In this document: piece by piece, positions 62,193 to 64,000 of the stretch | Numbering within the stretch: position 1 is the first letter of the stretch | Layout: every line of letters begins with the position of its first letter | Source of the DNA: an uncultured Peptococcaceae bacterium | Lineage (GTDB): Bacteria > Bacillota > Dehalobacteriia > UBA4068 > UBA4997 | DNA length: 64,000 nt | Reading direction: 5' to 3' | Assembly: GCA_965149945.1 (NCBI GenBank) | Contig: CBCTTQ010000007.1 | Span: forward strand, 1,645-65,644 | The notes under the pieces: model-generated | Told to the model about the DNA's origin: nothing | The model's input: the letters and a program-made list of their open reading frames with translations, nothing else | Database searches by the model: none | Position numbers and translations under genes: made by a program

Positions 62193-63257
62193 TTACTTGT
62201 TTTTTTGATTTTTTTTCAGCGAAAAAAGAAAGTCTTCTCCCGGCGCGGGTAATTTCCCAATATACAGTTTATCTTTTTCGGCTTTGGCATATACTTGTCT
62301 AGGCAGAGAAAACTGTTTCCCTGTTTTCAAGTTTAAAACAGCGGCGGTTTGCTGTTGGGTCAACGTCAAAGTTTCATCCGCGTCTGCTGTAATCGGCGAT
62401 TTTTGCGTGACTGCTCGACGCCAAAGAATGCGCACCATTTGGCGCCGCAAGGCCAAATGAAGGTCAGAAAACGCTTTTCTTTCCCAATAATACCCTTTGT
62501 CATTTTCTGTAACCAAACGGCAAATGGCCTCTTCCGCGGAAACCGCGATAAAATCCGCATCTGCCTGACAAATCTCCGCCACATTGCCCAGCGCCGCGCC
62601 GAGATTAGCGTTATACGTTTCCAATATCGGCCAAAGAGAAAGACGAATTCTATTTCTTTGATAATCCTCTGAAAAATTACTGGCGTCATCACGATAAGGT
62701 AACTGATACCGAGCAATATGCGCTTCCAGCTGTTTTCTTGAAACATTGAGCAGAGGACGAATTAAATTACCGTTTTGAAAACGCATCCCACCCAATCCCT
62801 GAGTACCGGATCCCCGTAGCAAATGCAAAAGTACCGTTTCTCCTTGGTCCTCCAAATGATGGGCCGTTGCGATTTTAATTTCACGATACGATTTTTCTTC
62901 CCGATAAGCAGTGGCAAGTTGTGAAAACCAGTGATAACGACACTCTCTGGCAGTAGACTCCAAATTTTTTCCTACGGCCAGCGCCGGCACATCCAACCGC
63001 CGACAGTGAAAAGGAATAGCTGCCTTTTTGCAAAAATTTGCAACCAATGCCAAATCACGATCTGCTTCTATGCCGCGAATGCCGTGATGCAAATGAGCCG
63101 CCGCCACAAAAAAACCCATTTCCTCTTTCAAACAGCAAAGTCCATGGAGCAACGCCATGGAATCCCGTCCGCCGCTGGTACCGACGATTACTAAATCTCC
63201 GGCAGCAAGCAGCTTTTTTTCAATAATGTTTTTTTTTAAGGCTGCCAACATAACCAC
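62193..63257 (-). CDS. tilS: tRNA(Ile)-lysidine synthetase
   Basis: PP-loop SGGRDS motif; the start is GTG or the nearby ATG and remains uncertain. Confidence 0.85.
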   Translation of the reverse strand: MVMLAALKKNIIEKKLLAAGDLVIVGTSGGRDSMALLHGLCCLKEEMGFFVAAAHLHHGIRGIEADRDLALVANFCKKAAIPFHCRRLDVPALAVGKNLESTARECRYHWFSQLATAYREEKSYREIKIATAHHLEDQGETVLLHLLRGSGTQGLGGMRFQNGNLIRPLLNVSRKQLEAHIARYQLPYRDDASNFSEDYQRNRIRLSLWPILETYNANLGAALGNVAEICQADADFIAVSAEEAICRLVTENDKGYYWERKAFSDLHLALRRQMVRILWRRAVTQKSPITADADETLTLTQQQTAAVLNLKTGKQFSLPRQVYAKAEKDKLYIGKLPAPGEDFLFSLKKNQKNK

Positions 63258-63654
63258 ATTTCCTCACAGCTCCTCTTAAACCGATAAAAGCATATCAGAT
63301 GAATATAAATTCAACTTTAACTTTAAATCCTTCTATGATCAAAAAAACTCCCTTTATCGTTTTCATGAAAATATGGATTTGACAAATCACACGGCTTTTC
63401 CCGCAGAAAAGTGAAATTATTATAGTTTTCTACCTATATCAAAGATTTTCCTGCCAAAGACAGAAACGAATTTTGCAAGAATTTATCGAATAAAAAACGG
63501 AATATCCTCCTACATACCGACAAATTTTTCAGTTCTCATCCGTTATAATGGGTAAGGAAGGCGGTGAGCGAAGGTGAACGATGAAACAAAAGTATACCCC
63601 TATCAACGAGCGGCGGATGAAACAACCGAATCGATTCCACGCCGCCGCAGAAAA

Positions 63655-64000
63655 ATGTTCCCTATCCAAAAAAATTTCAAAGGGAAAAACCGTCTTCTCT
63701 ACTTTTCCGAATTATCCTGGCCTGATTGGGTGTTGGCAGCGGCAGCCCTTTGCCTCGGTTCCGCAGAAATCCTCGGCGGACTTTATCCCTTCGGCATCGC
63801 GTTTGCCGCGGCATCCACTATTAAATATCCTAAACATTGTGTGCTTTACACTCTTCTGGTTTTGTTCGGTACTATTTTGGGGCAAGGATTCGCCTCCATT
63901 CCTTACTTGATTGCCATTACAATCACCTGGTGTTTATTATATTTCGGCAGGCAAGATGAAAAGCTCCGCTGGATAATCTGTCCCGCGATGGTATTTGCAC
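63655..64000 (+). CDS. spoIIE: stage II sporulation protein E (SpoIIE), N-terminal membrane domain; 3' end truncated by the window
   Basis: Own translation of the frame starting at 63655: MFPIQKNFKGKNRLLYFSELSWPDWVLAAAALCLGSAEILGGLYPFGIAFAAASTIKY... resembles the SpoIIE N-terminus (L.PF.lAFfAA); there is synteny with tilS-ftsH. The start codon is uncertain (GTG 63574 is possible). Confidence 0.6.
   Translation, partial: MFPIQKNFKGKNRLLYFSELSWPDWVLAAAALCLGSAEILGGLYPFGIAFAAASTIKYPKHCVLYTLLVLFGTILGQGFASIPYLIAITITWCLLYFGRQDEKLRWIICPAMVFA

Noticed and set aside
63581-63910. 109-aa plus-strand ORF in another frame at the SpoIIE start
   Set aside because: The SpoIIE-like membrane-domain similarity lies in the other frame. 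It is kept only as evidence for start or frame ambiguity.
1-64000. Transposases, phage integrases and IS elements
   Set aside because: The only tyrosine recombinase is the housekeeping XerC next to hslVU; no transposase-like ORF or terminal inverted repeats were seen.

Overview
The window is a 64-kb chromosomal segment from a low-G+C Gram-positive bacterium, probably a spore-forming Clostridia-like Firmicute (the order and class guess is low confidence). The call rests on spoIIE-tilS-ftsH, an AI-2E/YtvI-like transporter and Bacillus-like synteny (rpsB-tsf-pyrH-frr-uppS-cdsA-dxr-rseP-proS, and dprA-topA-trmFO-xerC-hslVU). G+C is about 50%. Positions 1-42 kb and 55-64 kb are densely packed, almost entirely minus-strand housekeeping genes. 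These include an FMN-riboswitch-controlled rib operon, birA, recA with a Cheo box, isoprenoid (ispG, dxr, uppS, polyprenyl synthase) and translation genes, and a guanidine-I (ykkC) riboswitch driving a paired SMR exporter. They also include a ddl gene next to a membrane-anchored MurF-like ligase, comM, ftsH, tilS and the start of spoIIE. Positions 42.2-55.4 kb look accessory and are bounded on one side by a tRNA-Glu/tRNA-Met pair. This stretch holds two unusually long AT-rich non-coding regions of about 1 kb and 0.9 kb. It also holds a strongly codon-biased class-III aminotransferase with an APC permease (the permease has a structured leader), and an ECF sigma/anti-sigma pair. Downstream of that pair are a small secreted protein, a secreted caspase-fold (CHAT/clan-CD-like) peptidase and three tandemly triplicated lipoprotein genes. 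No transposase, phage integrase or CRISPR array was seen.
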